Assembly: GCF_040938485.1 (NCBI RefSeq)
Contig: NW_027271200.1
Coordinates: 992,001-1,056,000 of the forward strand
Source: Diadema antillarum
Taxonomy: Eukaryota
DNA: 64,000 nt
Direction of reading: 5' to 3'
Part shown: positions 1-13,900 of the stretch, piece by piece
Numbering within the stretch: the stretch's first letter is position 1
How the letters are laid out: every line of letters begins with the position of its first letter
Made by a program: the position numbers and the translations under genes
Notes under the pieces: model-generated
The model's database searches: none
What the model was told of the DNA's origin: nothing
The model's input: the letters and a program-made list of their open reading frames with translations, nothing else

Positions 1-1502
1 TATTAACACTCTTTAATCTCTCAATCGTTTTGCACTTTAAAATGCCCCTCGAAGTTTCCTGCCAGTTTTGACAAGGCCAATTTGACAAGGCCCATGCCAC
101 GGAACAAATAGTCCTAAATCGCGACGTAGATCCGACGCAAATGGTCAACATCCCTGCCCTCCCCACCCAGTCTATCTCACCTGTAGAGTCAGTAACCTTT
201 TATTTTATAACACAAATTATGATTGCATAAACCATACATATTCACTGTTGAAAACAGATTTACGTATTAGTTCATGATACAAGGATCAGTTCTAAAGAAT
301 GGAAACAAAAAGAGGAAAAGGTAAAGATAGAGAAAAGAAAGGAATAAAATCGATAATCATCAAATTGACAGATGTAGAGACTCAGACAAAAAAAAAACAA
401 CAACAGAAGACGGTAAACAAGATGCAAATATTTCTGTACAACCCATCCTACCCTATGATTGCGAACTTATATAAGATACAAGTGAATCATATACATGTGC
501 ATCTATGCAGTATACGAATACATGACTGGTTTGACAAAATTTTTACTGATGGCTTACTATGATGACGTCATGATCATCAAGTATAGCATGATATTATTGA
601 ATTTTGATATTGTTTGTCGATGATGAAAAAATAAACTTTAATAGCAATGATCTCTGAAAATCTTGATAAACAAGCAGAACTGCATTGAAAATAAGATCAA
701 GAAGAAAGACCAAATGAGTGTAGCTTTGCGATGTAACGCGAAATTGGTCGCGTGATTGTTTTCTTCCAGACGATATTGAAACTTGTTTTTATGACGGTAT
801 TATGCCCTAGGCTCGACTGGTGCGAAATTGCATGGAGATAATGTGTCTCGAAAATAAATACAATAGTTCAGTTCATTTCATTGTTTTTTTTTCTCCATCT
901 CAACATAATCAATAACATTGTATCTTATGCTCAGTGTACGTGAAAGTTTAAAAAAAAATCAACATAAGTAGTCAATATAAAGGGGTCGTAAGGGGCTCTA
1001 TACAAATAAGCATCATAATGATAAATCAGTCAGATGATGGGGTGGGGGACCTACTGAAAAGCGAAGCTTGTAGATTGTGCCCCCCCCCCCCCCCCCATTT
1101 CAATGTACAATGTTAACTTACCAATAAAGGAATATATTCAAATATAGAATGATGATAAAAAATATCGAAAATTATTATCTTCACAAAAAAGAATGATATA
1201 TGACGAAACTAAAGAATTCAAGAACAGAGTGGATAGCAACCTGCGTCTTGTTCTTCATCTTTAAAAAAAAAAAATGTTTAATGAGATAGCATTATGGCCG
1301 TTAGTTCCGGATGTCCAGATGAAATCGTTATGTCCTTCCGAGCGTCATATACTGTAGTTGAGTGTATGACAGTGAGTCACATGAAAACTTATCTTTGAAT
1401 ATTACTATAGAATTTAAAAACCAAACGATAACCCTGTATACCTCAGCACATATATAAAGGTCGTAAGAAATGCCATGGCTATATGCAATGCACTATCATT
1501 AA

Positions 1503-1882
1503 AGGAAACCAAAACCCAAAGAGCCATGTGGATTGAGTGAAAGGAGCAACATTAGTAGAACACATCAGTGAAATTTTGAGGAAAATCGGACAATCGATGC
1601 AAAAGTTATTTAGTTTAAAATTTTGGTGTTGTAATGACTGGATAAGGAGACTATAATAAAGTTCATGACGTTCATGACTGTGTGAACAACAATATAAAGA
1701 AAATATAAAATGAATTCCAAAAATGTATTTTTCAGATGATTACACATTCCATCAACTTGATACTGACACATGTTAAGGTTAGTAATTATTCCCCCCGCTT
1801 TCTATAAGCGGTAAGTCAAGTGCTCTTTCATTTCGCTTGAAAAGTGAAAGCATGTTGAATTTTCTTTATATTTTGAGTTCAG
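1503..1882 (+). mobile_element. Truncated related Kolobok-type element
   Basis: Starts TTAA|AGGAAACC and shares attagtagaacacatcagtgaaa..gaggaaaatcggacaatc and further interior sequence with 9936-10504. No right end was found. Confidence 0.7.
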
Positions 1883-2000
1883 TTATACGTAGAGATGATT
1901 GTGTAACCACATAAATGGCCTGCATGAAAGTAAATTGTACATATGATAAATCATGCATGAATGAAAGCGTAAATGGGAAACTACAGGAGAAAGCATGCTT

Positions 2001-2006
<6 letters not shown>

Positions 2007-2046
<40 letters not shown>
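2007..2046. repeat. (AT)n microsatellite
   Basis: Direct reading. Similar (AT)n tracts lie at about 8693-8738, 13704-13742, 16645-16683 and 18139-18175. Confidence 0.95.
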
Positions 2047-2050
<4 letters not shown>

Positions 2051-4720
2051 CCAGATTTGTCTATGCAGATAACAACCTTTGAGATTACTAGTATTTTTTT
2101 TTTTGAGGGGGGGTGGGGGTGGGTACACATTAACCTTATACATTTGTATATAGGTAATTTTACTCAATTCGGTTTCTTTCTTACTTCGTCTGTGTGCTCT
2201 AAATGAAAATAACTGTATAGCCATGCACGATGTTGTGGCAGGTGTGTGGTGTCTTTATCAGAAAGCTTCTCCTTTCTACGATCAACATGAACAGTGCTAT
2301 AGTCTTTCAAACTTTTCAACAAAGCTCTTATTACTTATACAGCCAACATTTTTTTTTCATCGCAAATTTCATAACATCACAACACTGTCTCTCTTTGGTG
2401 TGTAGATTTATATTATTACATCACTATACGACGAATACAGACTACGGGAGTAAGTCTATAATTTATGTATACAGTACTCTTGGAATCCTTTGATACATGT
2501 TATAGAAGGCCCATTTTCCATCATGCCATTCCTTATCCATCAAAGATATCAGGAGAAACGAAACAGCCGTTTTACAGGAAAAGACGGTCGTTTATGGCAA
2601 TCTCTTTGTGGAATGAATCACGAGAAGGTAAATTTAGCTGCATTTCCTGATGCAATAGAAGAAAAGTGTTATATTTATATCTTATGGCTTCGACTACAAG
2701 TAGGCCTAACTAGTCTTACTTTCATTTTAATAATGGTAGGACCAGGATGATGACGATTTTGTACGAAGTTAACAGCCGTTCTTAGCAACCATTTCGGTAT
2801 ACGAATGCGCATCGTAATTCATAGCAGGTCATTTTTTTTTTCGTTGCGATGAGAGAGTTTTTCCTCAAACGAAGTTCAAATATCTTTGCATGATCAAAGG
2901 TACATCACCCTCACACTGGTATCATGGGGGGGGGGGAATGAGGGGGTACCATGAATTTTAATACTTAAGATTCAAAGATCTAAACAGTCTGGTAATGTGA
3001 GAAAACAGAATATCCAATGGGTACACCCATGTTTAGGGAGGCAATTTTAGACAGAACAGACATTTATTTTTCCTTTGGACAGTTGAAATTACCCAAGACC
3101 ATAATAAAACATGTGCAGTTATCAGTGCATGGAGGATTATGGATCAATAGTTCAAAGGTATGAATCTTCACATCATCATTATAATGTGTAGGCTACAATT
3201 ATGCGTGATGTTACATTAGACAACGAAGATTATTAAAAAGTATTTTAAAGAAACTTCTACATGTTTTCTCAAAATTTCATTTCATTTCATTTTATCTATT
3301 TCATTTTTTTATTTCTGCCACTTTTCCATGAACATTTTTTTTTACACAGAAATGTATTTACAAAATATGGTACTAAGGATAACAGCAATGATGATAATAC
3401 TGATTGATAGTGGTTAACATAGCATACATGTTCCTATGCGCTCAAGAAAGGGAAAGATTATTCAATATACAATTGCAATTACAATGGTCACGAGTTTCAT
3501 GTTTGAATACATTTGAATACATTCGTGATGTAAATCAATATAATATACAGAGTTAATATAATTAATAAGCATTATGAGTTAGTGTTATTCCTGTTTAGAA
3601 ATAGATTATTTGATGGTTTTGCAGGGATTTACAGAAACAACAAAGCTTGAAACGCAACAACCCCACCCTCCTCAAAAAAAATTGTCATCTGTTTTAATTT
3701 ACTTTCTTAATACAAGAGATGCAGGTGCATGTGCGTGAGGGGCTATGGGGTCACGGCGGTGAGGGGATTGGGGTGGTGCTTGGCCCTTAGAGTGTGTTCT
3801 AAAATAATTTCATTTATACTTATTTTCTTATAAGTACACATTCCCTCGACTATTACTGACATATTTCCAGCATTATACTCACAATAAATATGTAAACTTA
3901 ACTTTTATTACGTATTGTAATACAATTTATGTATTCAATTTCTGTAAAAGTATATATTTCTGCTGGAAATGGAATGAGATAAATGAATATTTTGTTACGT
4001 GTAATATCATTCTCCCTGTCTTCTTTAGGTGTATATACAAGTGTTCTTTCACTGTGCTACAGAAATGAAGATATGATTTTACTAATTTTTTCTGCATCTA
4101 CTAAAGCAAAATAAGGTTTAAACAGCTGAATAAGTCAGCCTGAAGTCATCAAAGGAAAAAGCAAAGTTAAGAAGTATATTGCCATAGCCCCCTTTGATGA
4201 TTTCAGAATATTTCTTTCATCAGTTCTTGTGCTAAATTTGGCTTCAAGGATATGGGGAGGGTGGATGCTTGAGACAGTGATGGGTCACTAACATAGGTTT
4301 TGTTTTGTCTAGTATTTTTTTCTCCATAAGCCCTAAGGTTAGATCCCCTCATTTAACAAGCGAAAAGTGGTAGGTCATGATCGAGAATCCATCGTTGCGT
4401 ATGTTCAGTGCTGTCGTCATACGCTGAAATGAATCAATGTCATGCTGAGTTCCCCCGTGATGCCGTGTAAGAAATGGATGCAATCTATATAGAATGTTAA
4501 CCTCAAGACGAAACCTTTAAAATAAAGGATAATAGAGGATAATACTGGATAATACTATATTGTATATAATTATCAACACACAACAATTATCACAACCAAA
4601 CTTTCAATAACTCTATCCCCATCCCCCCCCCCCAAAAAAAAAAAGAAAAATAAGAAGAGACGTTGGTTAAACAACCTAAAACAATCATTCATGTGAATGT
4701 AAATAACAGTATGTACTCAC

Positions 4721-4950
4721 CTTGAATGCAAGGGGTCTATGGTATGCAATTCCCTGTGCTGAACCTTGAATCCCCAGGACAATTAACTTAGAGCGCAAAG
4801 TTGCAAAATCAAAATCAATTTACCCATCAGACTATATCAAAATCGCTCATGATTGCTGAATTCCGATATAAAATGTCCCGCGATCCGACGTCCTCACGGG
4901 CCGGCCGCCACGAACCCTTGTGAACGCGCCACCGAACAAGCCATTAGCCA
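4721..4950 (-). other. Possible non-coding first exon of a minus-strand transcript running off the left edge
   Basis: A strong donor (TTCAAG|gtgagta) at about 4720 lies next to a CpG-rich stretch at 4880-5050. No usable ORF was found. Confidence 0.3.
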
Positions 4951-5142
4951 TGCTCATGTGCCAAGCATCTTCCGCTCATGATGGAGGGGGTGTTCACAAT
5001 CATGCGCACACAGCTGCCCACCCGACTGGATCACGATCATGATCGATATAATTATAGTATCGTCGAACACGACCATCGGTGACTGCAAAAGACGTGGGAT
5101 ATGCACATGCACTGATAGGAAGTATTCCTGTGAAGATCAGTG

Positions 5143-5145
<3 letters not shown>

Positions 5146-5183
<38 letters not shown>
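5146..5183. repeat. (GT)n microsatellite
   Basis: Direct reading. Confidence 0.95.
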
Positions 5184-5184
<1 letters not shown>

Positions 5185-6002
5185 ACAGAGATCAAATTGG
5201 CGACTCGAGCTGCCGCCACTTACGGTGTTACTCATCCAGGGCCCATTTGCCTAAAAAGATGCAATCAAACATAAGTCAAAAAATCAAACATAAGTCAGGT
5301 ATGAGCCAGTCAGGATCGAGTATTCCGAGATTTATGTTTGATTTTTTGACTTATGCTTGATCTGAACTTTTACGCAACAGGGCCCAAATGACCTATCACT
5401 GAGCAATAAAGTGAACTCATTGTAAGAGTACGCGGATAATATTTTTTTGTGTGTGTGTTTGAAAAATAACTCGTATGAAATAAAAGCAAAATAAATATTC
5501 TACACTACTCCAAACTGCACACATTTCTTACTCGTTCTCCTTTGAAAATGGCACAAGGTACAAACGCGGGGAAATCAAGAGAAAACTAATTAACTAATTT
5601 TCTAATTCTCTTTCTCCTTCACCATGGAATTATAATACTCTCTCCACATTTTTGCAGCCTGCACTACCACGCTTAAGCACATTTTAATCACATGTCTGCC
5701 GCAGAGTGCACTGATTGGTCTACTGTAAAAACAAATTTGAACGATTTCGCTGTTGTGTTTGTATATTTATTCATGTTTCTAGCCGGAAGAATTGTCTGCC
5801 TTCAACTGACGTGGTACTAAGCCTGTTCGGGTTTTTCCTCCGTGGCTGCACAGATTCCAAAGTCTATTCCTGGCTTCGTTTCCATGGTACCGTACTCGAT
5901 ATCACTCGCTGCATCTGTTTTGTCGGATGCCACCTTTCTTTGACATTGAAATCTCTTCCCTTTTATCCAACTTCTGTCTCTCTCCGTCTCCCTCTCTCCC
6001 CC

Positions 6003-6009
6003 TCTCTCT

Positions 6010-6060
<51 letters not shown>
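6003..6060. repeat. (CT)n microsatellite immediately upstream of the SINE
   Basis: Direct reading. Confidence 0.95.
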
Positions 6061-6066
<6 letters not shown>

Positions 6067-6074
6067 ACTTTACT

Positions 6075-6443
6075 GGGCGGTGAGTTGGCTAAGTCGGTAG
6101 CGCGTCTGCCTCACGATCCTAAGGACCCGGGTTCGAACCCGACTCTGGACTGAGCAATGTTGTGTGTAATCATACCGTACCCTCTAGCAAGAGGCAAAAA
6201 CACTCTGTCCCTCGGATAGGACATCTAAAAATGGAGGTCCCGTGTATGAGAGAGTCACAACTCATGCACGCAAAAGATCCCGCTTCATTCATCTATCGCA
6301 AAGAGCAGGATGCTTAACCCGGTGAAGTGGTCCCACCTCACATCCAACTGGACCCCATGGCACACAAGCTTAGCGTAGCTGAATAATAATATGAGCTGTC
6401 CATCCATCTTCTCAGATAGAAATGAACAAACAAACAAACAAAA
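6075..6443 (+). mobile_element. tRNA-derived SINE (SINE2) with (AAAC)n tail
   Basis: tRNA-like head with A box (tggctaagtcggtag) and B box (ggttcgaacccg), a central body and an AAAC tail. An independent copy lies at 6729-7062. Confidence 0.85.
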
Positions 6444-6728
6444 TCTAGTCCCTTCTCTTTTATTCCTTTATTCACTCTATCCTCTTCTCCTGTCCCTCCC
6501 CCTCCATCTCACTCTTATCTTCTCCTTTCTCTCTTCCGATCTATTCCTCCTCTCTGTCCCCCTTTCCATCTGTGCCCCACCCCTGTAGGACTTTATGCAC
6601 CCCTCTCACATTCCTGTTTTATAAACTAGCTTTTATCCAATCAATGCCCCGTCGAGAGTATCACAGTATACATATTCATGCTGTCATAAGAAATGCAGAA
6701 ATCAACTCAGATCAAATTAATTCTAGTC

Positions 6729-7062
6729 TGTTGTTTGTTTGTACATTTCCGTCTGAAGAGATGGCCGGATAGCTCGTATTCAGCTACGATAAGCTGGTCT
6801 GCCATGGGGTCCAGTTGGATGTGAGGTGGAACCACTTCACTGGGATAAACACCCAGCTCTTTGCGATGAATGAATGAAACGGGATCTTTTACGTGCATGA
6901 GCTGTGACTCTCTCATACACGGGACCTCCACTCTATGTCCTATCCGATTGACAGAGTGTTTTGCCTGATTGCAAACAATATTGTTCAGTCAAGACTCGGG
7001 TTCGAACCCGGGCCCTTAGGATCGTAAGAGAGACGCGCTACCGACTGAGTCAACCCACCGTC
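6729..7062 (-). mobile_element. tRNA-derived SINE, same family, inverted orientation
   Basis: The reverse complement aligns along its length to 6075-6443. Confidence 0.85.
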
Positions 7063-8689
7063 TCATCATAACATTCGTTTTCTCGAATCAGTTGACCCCT
7101 CCCCCCCCCCCCCTCCTGCACTGTATATATAAGAAGCCGTGAAGACATTTTGGACTAAATTTTGTTATGTAAATGGTACAGGACATAATATTTTATTTCT
7201 TGTCGGGAAAAAAAAAATCAGTGTTCGTTCATTGATCGTAAATTATGATGATGGCTGTCGTGTCGGTTCACGAGCCAAGTTCTTGGTCTCAGCAAAAATG
7301 TGGGTAACGTGATCTCTGCACAGCTTCTGACCACAACAGTAAATCTGGTGACTAACAACACGCGTCCAAAAGGAAAAAGAAAAACCATAGTTCTGGATGA
7401 TTTTGACGCTTCATCAGACTTTCTCTCTCATAATTAGCTCTGATGTTAAAACTGTTTCCGATCTTCAGGAAACGAGTTAATCTATCGGGGAAAATTTATG
7501 GACTGCATTCCAGAAATTACGTCCACAAATCAAAGGGACGACGGGTTCGGCATGCTGTCTTTGTTTCTGGGGGATGTACGTGCGTGACAGCAAGGAGCTT
7601 CTTTTAAGCTCCTTACTCCTTACTAATCAAGGAGCTTCAAAATGAAGCTCCTTGCTCCTACCAGTACTAAGTTCCTTGTATGTATAGAGAGATCGCATTC
7701 TTTTCTTGCTTTGTTTCTTTGAGTGTGTGTGTGTGTGAGTGTGTGTGTGTGATTCAGCAGGGTTTAAGATGCGTTTTATGCTTTTAATTTGCCACGTGAT
7801 TGAGAGATCACGTGTCCCCTTGGGATGGAAGAGTATGTTACACCCGGCACGTGGAATAACATGGATGTGATATTACCTGCCCTTGCACGGGATTTCAGAA
7901 TGTAATGGTGTATGTCCGCCGAAAAAAAAATCATAAGCCACTCATTAAAAGGCATAATTTACCGTTTGCAGATGAAACAAAAACCCAGCATTAGTGCTTT
8001 AAAATAATTCTAAAATGTGAGTTAGGGATAGAAACAACCGTGAAAACAACTGTGAAAATTTGATTCAGTAAAACCGATGTTAAGTATTGTTAAATATACA
8101 AAATGTGAACAATAGTTATAGTGAAAATGTCTCCAGACTAAACCATCTACAGTTACGGTTTATTGAGAAAAATACTGATATATCCTTATATTTTAGGCTT
8201 TATAGCAAAAAGTTTATGTGGTACGATGTTTTGTGGTACAACAGACCTACACATATGCATTACAAGCGATATCTTGAACATTTTTAAATCACTGCTCCTA
8301 AAGGTAAACAGTACAAGATCTCCCATCCTTTAACCCGGTGAAGCACAGTTTGGCTTGATCAAGCAAGGGAGCAGAACACTAATTTTGGGCATCAAAATTT
8401 ATCCAAATTGGCTTTGAAATGCCGGATGCGCTTACCGATGTTCCTGTAATACACGTGACTTATTGAAGTATACATAAGGAAATTCTCCTCGTTTGTAGAG
8501 TGACATGTGTCAGAACCTGATAATAATTATTATCAAGATCTCACCCACATTGACTGTGATGACTGTGTATTGATTAAATAATGTTCTTTCACAGTGCTGA
8601 ATAGGATTGACAGGCAATGACAGGCAATGGCTGCTAAGGTGTGCAGAAAGCCCAAAGTACAGCAATTTTGTCGCCTAGCAACCAAGAAT

Positions 8690-8740
<51 letters not shown>

Positions 8741-9935
8741 ACAGGACTGGAGGAAACTTTATTTTTTTGTTTTCTTGTTCAAACTTCACCGAGCCATGCT
8801 GCACGAGTGATTCAATTCAATTAAAATTCAATCCATCAATGTAAAATGATTAATGAGTAATACAAAATATACACTAAGCAATGTATATAATTATAAATCA
8901 TATTGTCATAACACGTAAGTATTATACAAAAAATAGATATAAGGATATTATAATCGGAAACAATGCATACTTTGCAATTGTAACAAAAATGAATAAGACG
9001 TATGAAATAATGATTAGTTTAGTGTAGTCTGAGTGATGTGTATAGCATTATTGCATCACTTAGCGCTGAATATAAATCATACAATAAGAAAAGGGACAAC
9101 AACACCAACCACAGCACACATGGGTCCAAAGTGGGGGCTCCTGTTTGTAACATAACAATCTAATCTAAGCACTCGATCGGCTGTCGTTTCACTCGAGTCG
9201 ACTCTTTCCTCCCTTTTTTGTTTATTTTAATTAAAATTGTCTGTTTGCTTGCATGCTTTGGTTTTGTTGTTGTTAATGTTCTTGTTTTCGTCCTTGTTTT
9301 GTGTTTGATTTTACTCTGTTTTTGTGTCACTGTTCTGTCGTGGCTGTTGTAGTCGTTTTGTTTTGTTTTGTTTTATTTTGTTTGTTTGGGTTTTTTTGCT
9401 TGCTTGCTTGCTTGCTTTGCCATTTCGGGGAGGGGCGAAAGTGCCCCCCCCCCCAAAAAAAAAAAAAAAAAAAAAGCTAGCAGGGACATGATGACCTTTT
9501 ATCATCATATACCATACACATCACTATAATCCCCTTGAAGTGATTCTCATAATTCCACGCTTTGGCACAGTAGACTGATCTATGTCTTATCGAGATCCGA
9601 GAGTTTCCTAAACCGGTAAGCCGTAAGTGATCTGTCTTAAGGAGTGTTTCATATCACCCTCTAACGGTAGTAGCCATCGTTTACGTAAGCCCCTTCTATC
9701 GAGGTTCTCGGAGTGAAACAGGCTATAATGTACACACTGGCAAAAAGTGTGGTAGAAAGATGTAGAAATGTCAAAGAGGAAAAACACTTTTTAATATTTT
9801 GTTATCTCAATACCGTACTTTTTTTTCCGAGGCATTTGCTCCCCATTTTTCTGAAACAGAATGTCATCTTTCAACATTTTGTTACCCTCTTATACTCATC
9901 TAACCTGTTCCATTTGACATACTGTAATTTCTTAA

Positions 9936-10504
9936 AGGACAAGTTCACCTTCATAAACATAAGGATTGAGAGAATGTAGCAATATTAGTAGAACACATCA
10001 TTGAAAGTTTGAGGAAAATCAGACAATCCGTTCAAAAGTTATGAATGTTTGAAGTTTTTGTGCTGTAACCGCTGGATGAGAAGACTACTGCAGTGTATGA
10101 ATAACTTAGATGTCACATGCGTACAACAATATAAGGAAAATATAAAGAGAATTTCACAAAATGCCATCTTTTGAAAAAAGTACACATTCCCCTGACTCGT
10201 TACCGACAAATGTTATGGGTAATATTATTCCCCCTGCCTTTAGAAAGAGGCAAGTCGAGAGCTCTTTTATTATGCGAAAAAAGTGAAAATATGTTGAATT
10301 TTCTTTTACATTTTCTTTATACTGTTGTACGCATATGACTCACAAGCTGTAGTAGTCTCCTCATCCAGCGGTTCCAACACAAAAATTTTAAAAATTCATA
10401 ACTTTTGCATCGATTGTCCAATTTTCCTCAAACTTTCACTGATGTGTTCTACTAATATTGTTGCATTCTCCCAATCCTCATGTTTATGAAGGTGAACTTG
10501 TCCT
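9936..10504. mobile_element. Non-autonomous Kolobok-type DNA transposon (long TIRs)
   Basis: TTAA|AGGACAAGTTCACCTTCATAAACAT ... ATGTTTATGAAGGTGAACTTGTCCT|TTAA. It has a TTAA TSD, RR..YY termini and TIRs over 100 bp. Confidence 0.85.
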
Positions 10505-11203
10505 TTAAGGACTTAACACAGGGCACATACCGTTCCTGTTTACATAGGAAAAGGATTAAAATGGCAACTGATTCACAGACCCGCCCCCAATGCTACCGAC
10601 TCACGCTTCTCGACTCTTCATGTTACATTTCATTTTCTCTTCGCATATTATTTTCGCTCCCTACATCTTTACTGAGTTTGATTGACTAGACACGAGAGCT
10701 ACTCAGGCAGATAAACATACAGATCGACAGACAAGCACACACACACACACACACATACACACATACACACATGCACACATCGAATTGTTGGTTAAGTCAG
10801 GTGAAATCACCTAGGCTGGTTGAATTCAGGCAGGGAGGTGAGACTCGTCTCATCCCCCTGGCTTCGGGGGGCCGATTTCCTATCTCTTCGCACGTTGTCG
10901 TTGTTTCGGAGAGTCCACACACGAAACCAGCGGGCCTCGATGTGCCGGAAACACCTGCGTGATGTTAAGACACCTTACTAGCGTCTCCAGATGATCCGGT
11001 GGGATCAAGGAGGTCCTAGAGTACCTCCTTGGTAGGATTTACAGTTCTTTCCTTTGAAGCACATGTCGTGGACTGCGGTCATTGGTATGCAAGCATTCAC
11101 TTGCACCTGCGTAATACACATGATGATGGGACTGCACACATCTTCCTTATGCACTTTAATATTCAAGACGCCGGAGGCAGCTTTTCTTTTTATTACTATA
11201 TAC

Positions 11204-13702
11204 CAGGCCCGTAGCCAGGGGGGGGGGGGGGGGGGGGGGGGGTGCGTCGGGTGCGTACGCACCCCCCCCCCCAAAAAAAAAAAAAATTCTGAAAGGTCCA
11301 CTCTTTCATAATAACGGTTTTTAGCGATTCTCAAGATAACAATCCAAATAAATATAAAGACACATTATACGCTACGTAAATGTGGAAGAGTACGTTTAAC
11401 AATGTTAACAATAATTGTACGAAACCCTTTTGTTGTATGAACCATCGGATCGTCTCCATGCACACAAACACAAATGTTATATATCAATTTGTGCGAGCTA
11501 TTATTATATTGGCACTGCATGCCATGGCCCTTGGCGCGTGTGACCGGTGTTTTTTTTTTCCACTGGCCGCCCGAGTACGTGTGATTCGTGGATGACATTG
11601 AGGTTGACACTTGCATTTTTTCACAGGAACAGAGGTAAGTGGATGAAAATCTAATAATAGCCTCAAGTTTACATATATGATAAAAATTAAAGAAATTTCC
11701 TCGAAATTACTATAATCGAAAACCTGAGACATTTTATATCTACGTCTCACAAAGATATAGTAGGAAAAGCCTGAATATTGCAAGAGCTCCGGAGTAAAAA
11801 CAGTCAGTGAAAAACCCTATGTATGATAGCATTGTGAGAGCGTTAGACTGCATTGTGACGCATCGTTATTTAATTTACATTCTTTATTGATATATTTTCA
11901 TAAATATCTCAGGTAATGAGTCGGATTGGATTACAATTCTCACTTACAGCTTTGTAGAAGTCTGAGTCAACAGTATCACACAGTACTTCAAGACGTATTA
12001 TAGTACAAACGATTTCTTGAGCCTGCACCGTTTCAGGCTCTGTTCTGGATACGGCGGTAGAAACTCATTCTTTTTTGTTGTTTATTTTATCATTATTTAC
12101 TAATCTCTTTTCTAACTTACAGGTAGCGGATTTCTTTGCAGGCCAAATTCGGAAATGTAGTGTTGATTATTACTTATACATTTTCTCATGTTGTGACAGT
12201 TCTATTGGTTCTCATTTTAAAGTGAGCCAAAACCTAAGAACATTTTCACTTATAATTTCCAAAGAGTATTATGCAGGCACGCAAACTCATTTTAGTTGTA
12301 TTTCATTTAAATGTAATGGGTAAGAGGGTATGAGAGAGAATGGAAAGTGCTGAGCTATGAAGTAAAATGGTAAAGTAAAAAGTTTGTCAGATTACAAAAG
12401 AGACTCATTCTTTTTTGTTTGTTTATTTTATCATTATTTACTTATCTCTCTTCTAACTTAAAGATAGTGGATCTCTTTGCAGCCCAAATTCGAAAATGCC
12501 TAGAGACAGCTAGTAACCAAATATGCTACTGTAATTTAATAAATAAGAAATAACCATTCCAGTATGTATCTTAGTGTGCACAGTAAGACAGATCAAATCA
12601 AATAGGAAAACATCTGAGCACTAAGCCTGAGGTCTGAATTTGCACTCAACTTCTTCCAATGGCTAACGGATGTTTAATTTTTGAATTTCACTGACCTCCA
12701 AATTTCACAAAGAAAACCTTCTTAGCATGATGGTTAATATGACATTTGACTGATATTGGAGATGTTTGCGAATCGGATCTACTACCTTTAATATTATTAA
12801 ATCTAAAATGATTATTTGAAAGTTCGGAAATGCTGGAAATATCCTACCACAAGGAGGCAAAATATAAATGGTTCACATTTACAATTCATTTTGTTTTAAA
12901 AATGTTCTTATTTATTTTCGTTTTTGACAAACTCGCATACCAACGGCTGATATACTGTATAGTAAAGTGAATGTTTCATCTTCCAAACAGCATCCAATGG
13001 GATGGAAAACTCCAACTGAAAGGTGGACACCGTGACCATACTCGCTAAAGAAAACGCGTAATAGGGGTCGTTTTTTCTCACGGATTAGATGGAAAGTGTG
13101 ATGTACGAGCGTATATAATCAAAGGGTATCAAAAAGGCCGAAATTTGGGAAAATGGTATATTGTTCAATCATGATGAAGTACTTCTTTAGGGTGCAGGAA
13201 ACATTTAAGGAATACTTGTTTTTAAGGCCCGAAAAAATCATATGATCATTACTCGTTTACAGGGGCCATTTTGAAAGTCCATGTATAAGCATGCATGGTG
13301 TCCACCTTTTGATTGTCGCTACCCCTCCCGGGACAGTATCAAAGGACCGTTTTGTTAATTAACGCAATCCCCCCTTCCTTTAAAAATCCTGGCTTCAGGC
13401 CTGCTAACGCGGGTATACAATAGAAAAAATAAAAGTTAAAACAACACCAGGAAAATCACTATTCTCAATTTTGCGGCGCGCTACGCGCGCAGAGTCTCGA
13501 ACACAATCAAACTTTGCAACTTCCTGGCAAAATGAGTTTTTATTATTTCCTAGATGAAATACCGTAACGCGATTGCATGCAACAGACAAAAATACAAATT
13601 TCCTCGAGACTTTAAAACGTCATTAAAACAGTCAAAATTCACAATTTGCGGCGCGCTTCGCGCGCAAATTCTTATACAACTTTTGTAGTTCGGTCGTCCA
13701 AA

Positions 13703-13745
<43 letters not shown>

Positions 13746-13805
13746 ATCCGTTTTTTAGTGACCGCACCCCCCCCCCCCCCTTGAAAAATCCTGGCTACGG
13801 GCCTG
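11204..13805. mobile_element. 2.6-kb non-autonomous DNA transposon with CAG..CTG termini and 5-bp TSD
   Basis: TATAC|CAGGCCCGTAGCCAGG ... CCTGGCTACGGGCCTG|TATAC, with subterminal poly-G/poly-C. A second degenerate right end lies at 13388-13403 and there is an internal duplication (about 12060-12165 vs about 12400-12495). No transposase ORF was seen. Confidence 0.8.
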
Positions 13806-13900
13806 TATACGCGATACTGTATCGCATATGAGAAGAGACTGGCCATAAGGGAGTGGTGCCGAGATACGCCCCGCTGTTGAGGCCCACTTTATTGTTATGA

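Noticed and set aside
2186-2333. About 50-codon open minus-strand segment ending in GAA|gtaaga
   Set aside because: No pyrimidine tract at the acceptor, no recognisable homology and no partner exons.
6075-6150. tRNA-like sequence with A and B boxes
   Set aside because: It continues into a SINE body and tail that has a second copy nearby, and I could not form a complete cloverleaf. It is a SINE head, not a tRNA gene.
6750-6790. CTGAAGAG...hammerhead-like start
   Set aside because: No GAAA core follows, and it is the reverse complement of the SINE tail.
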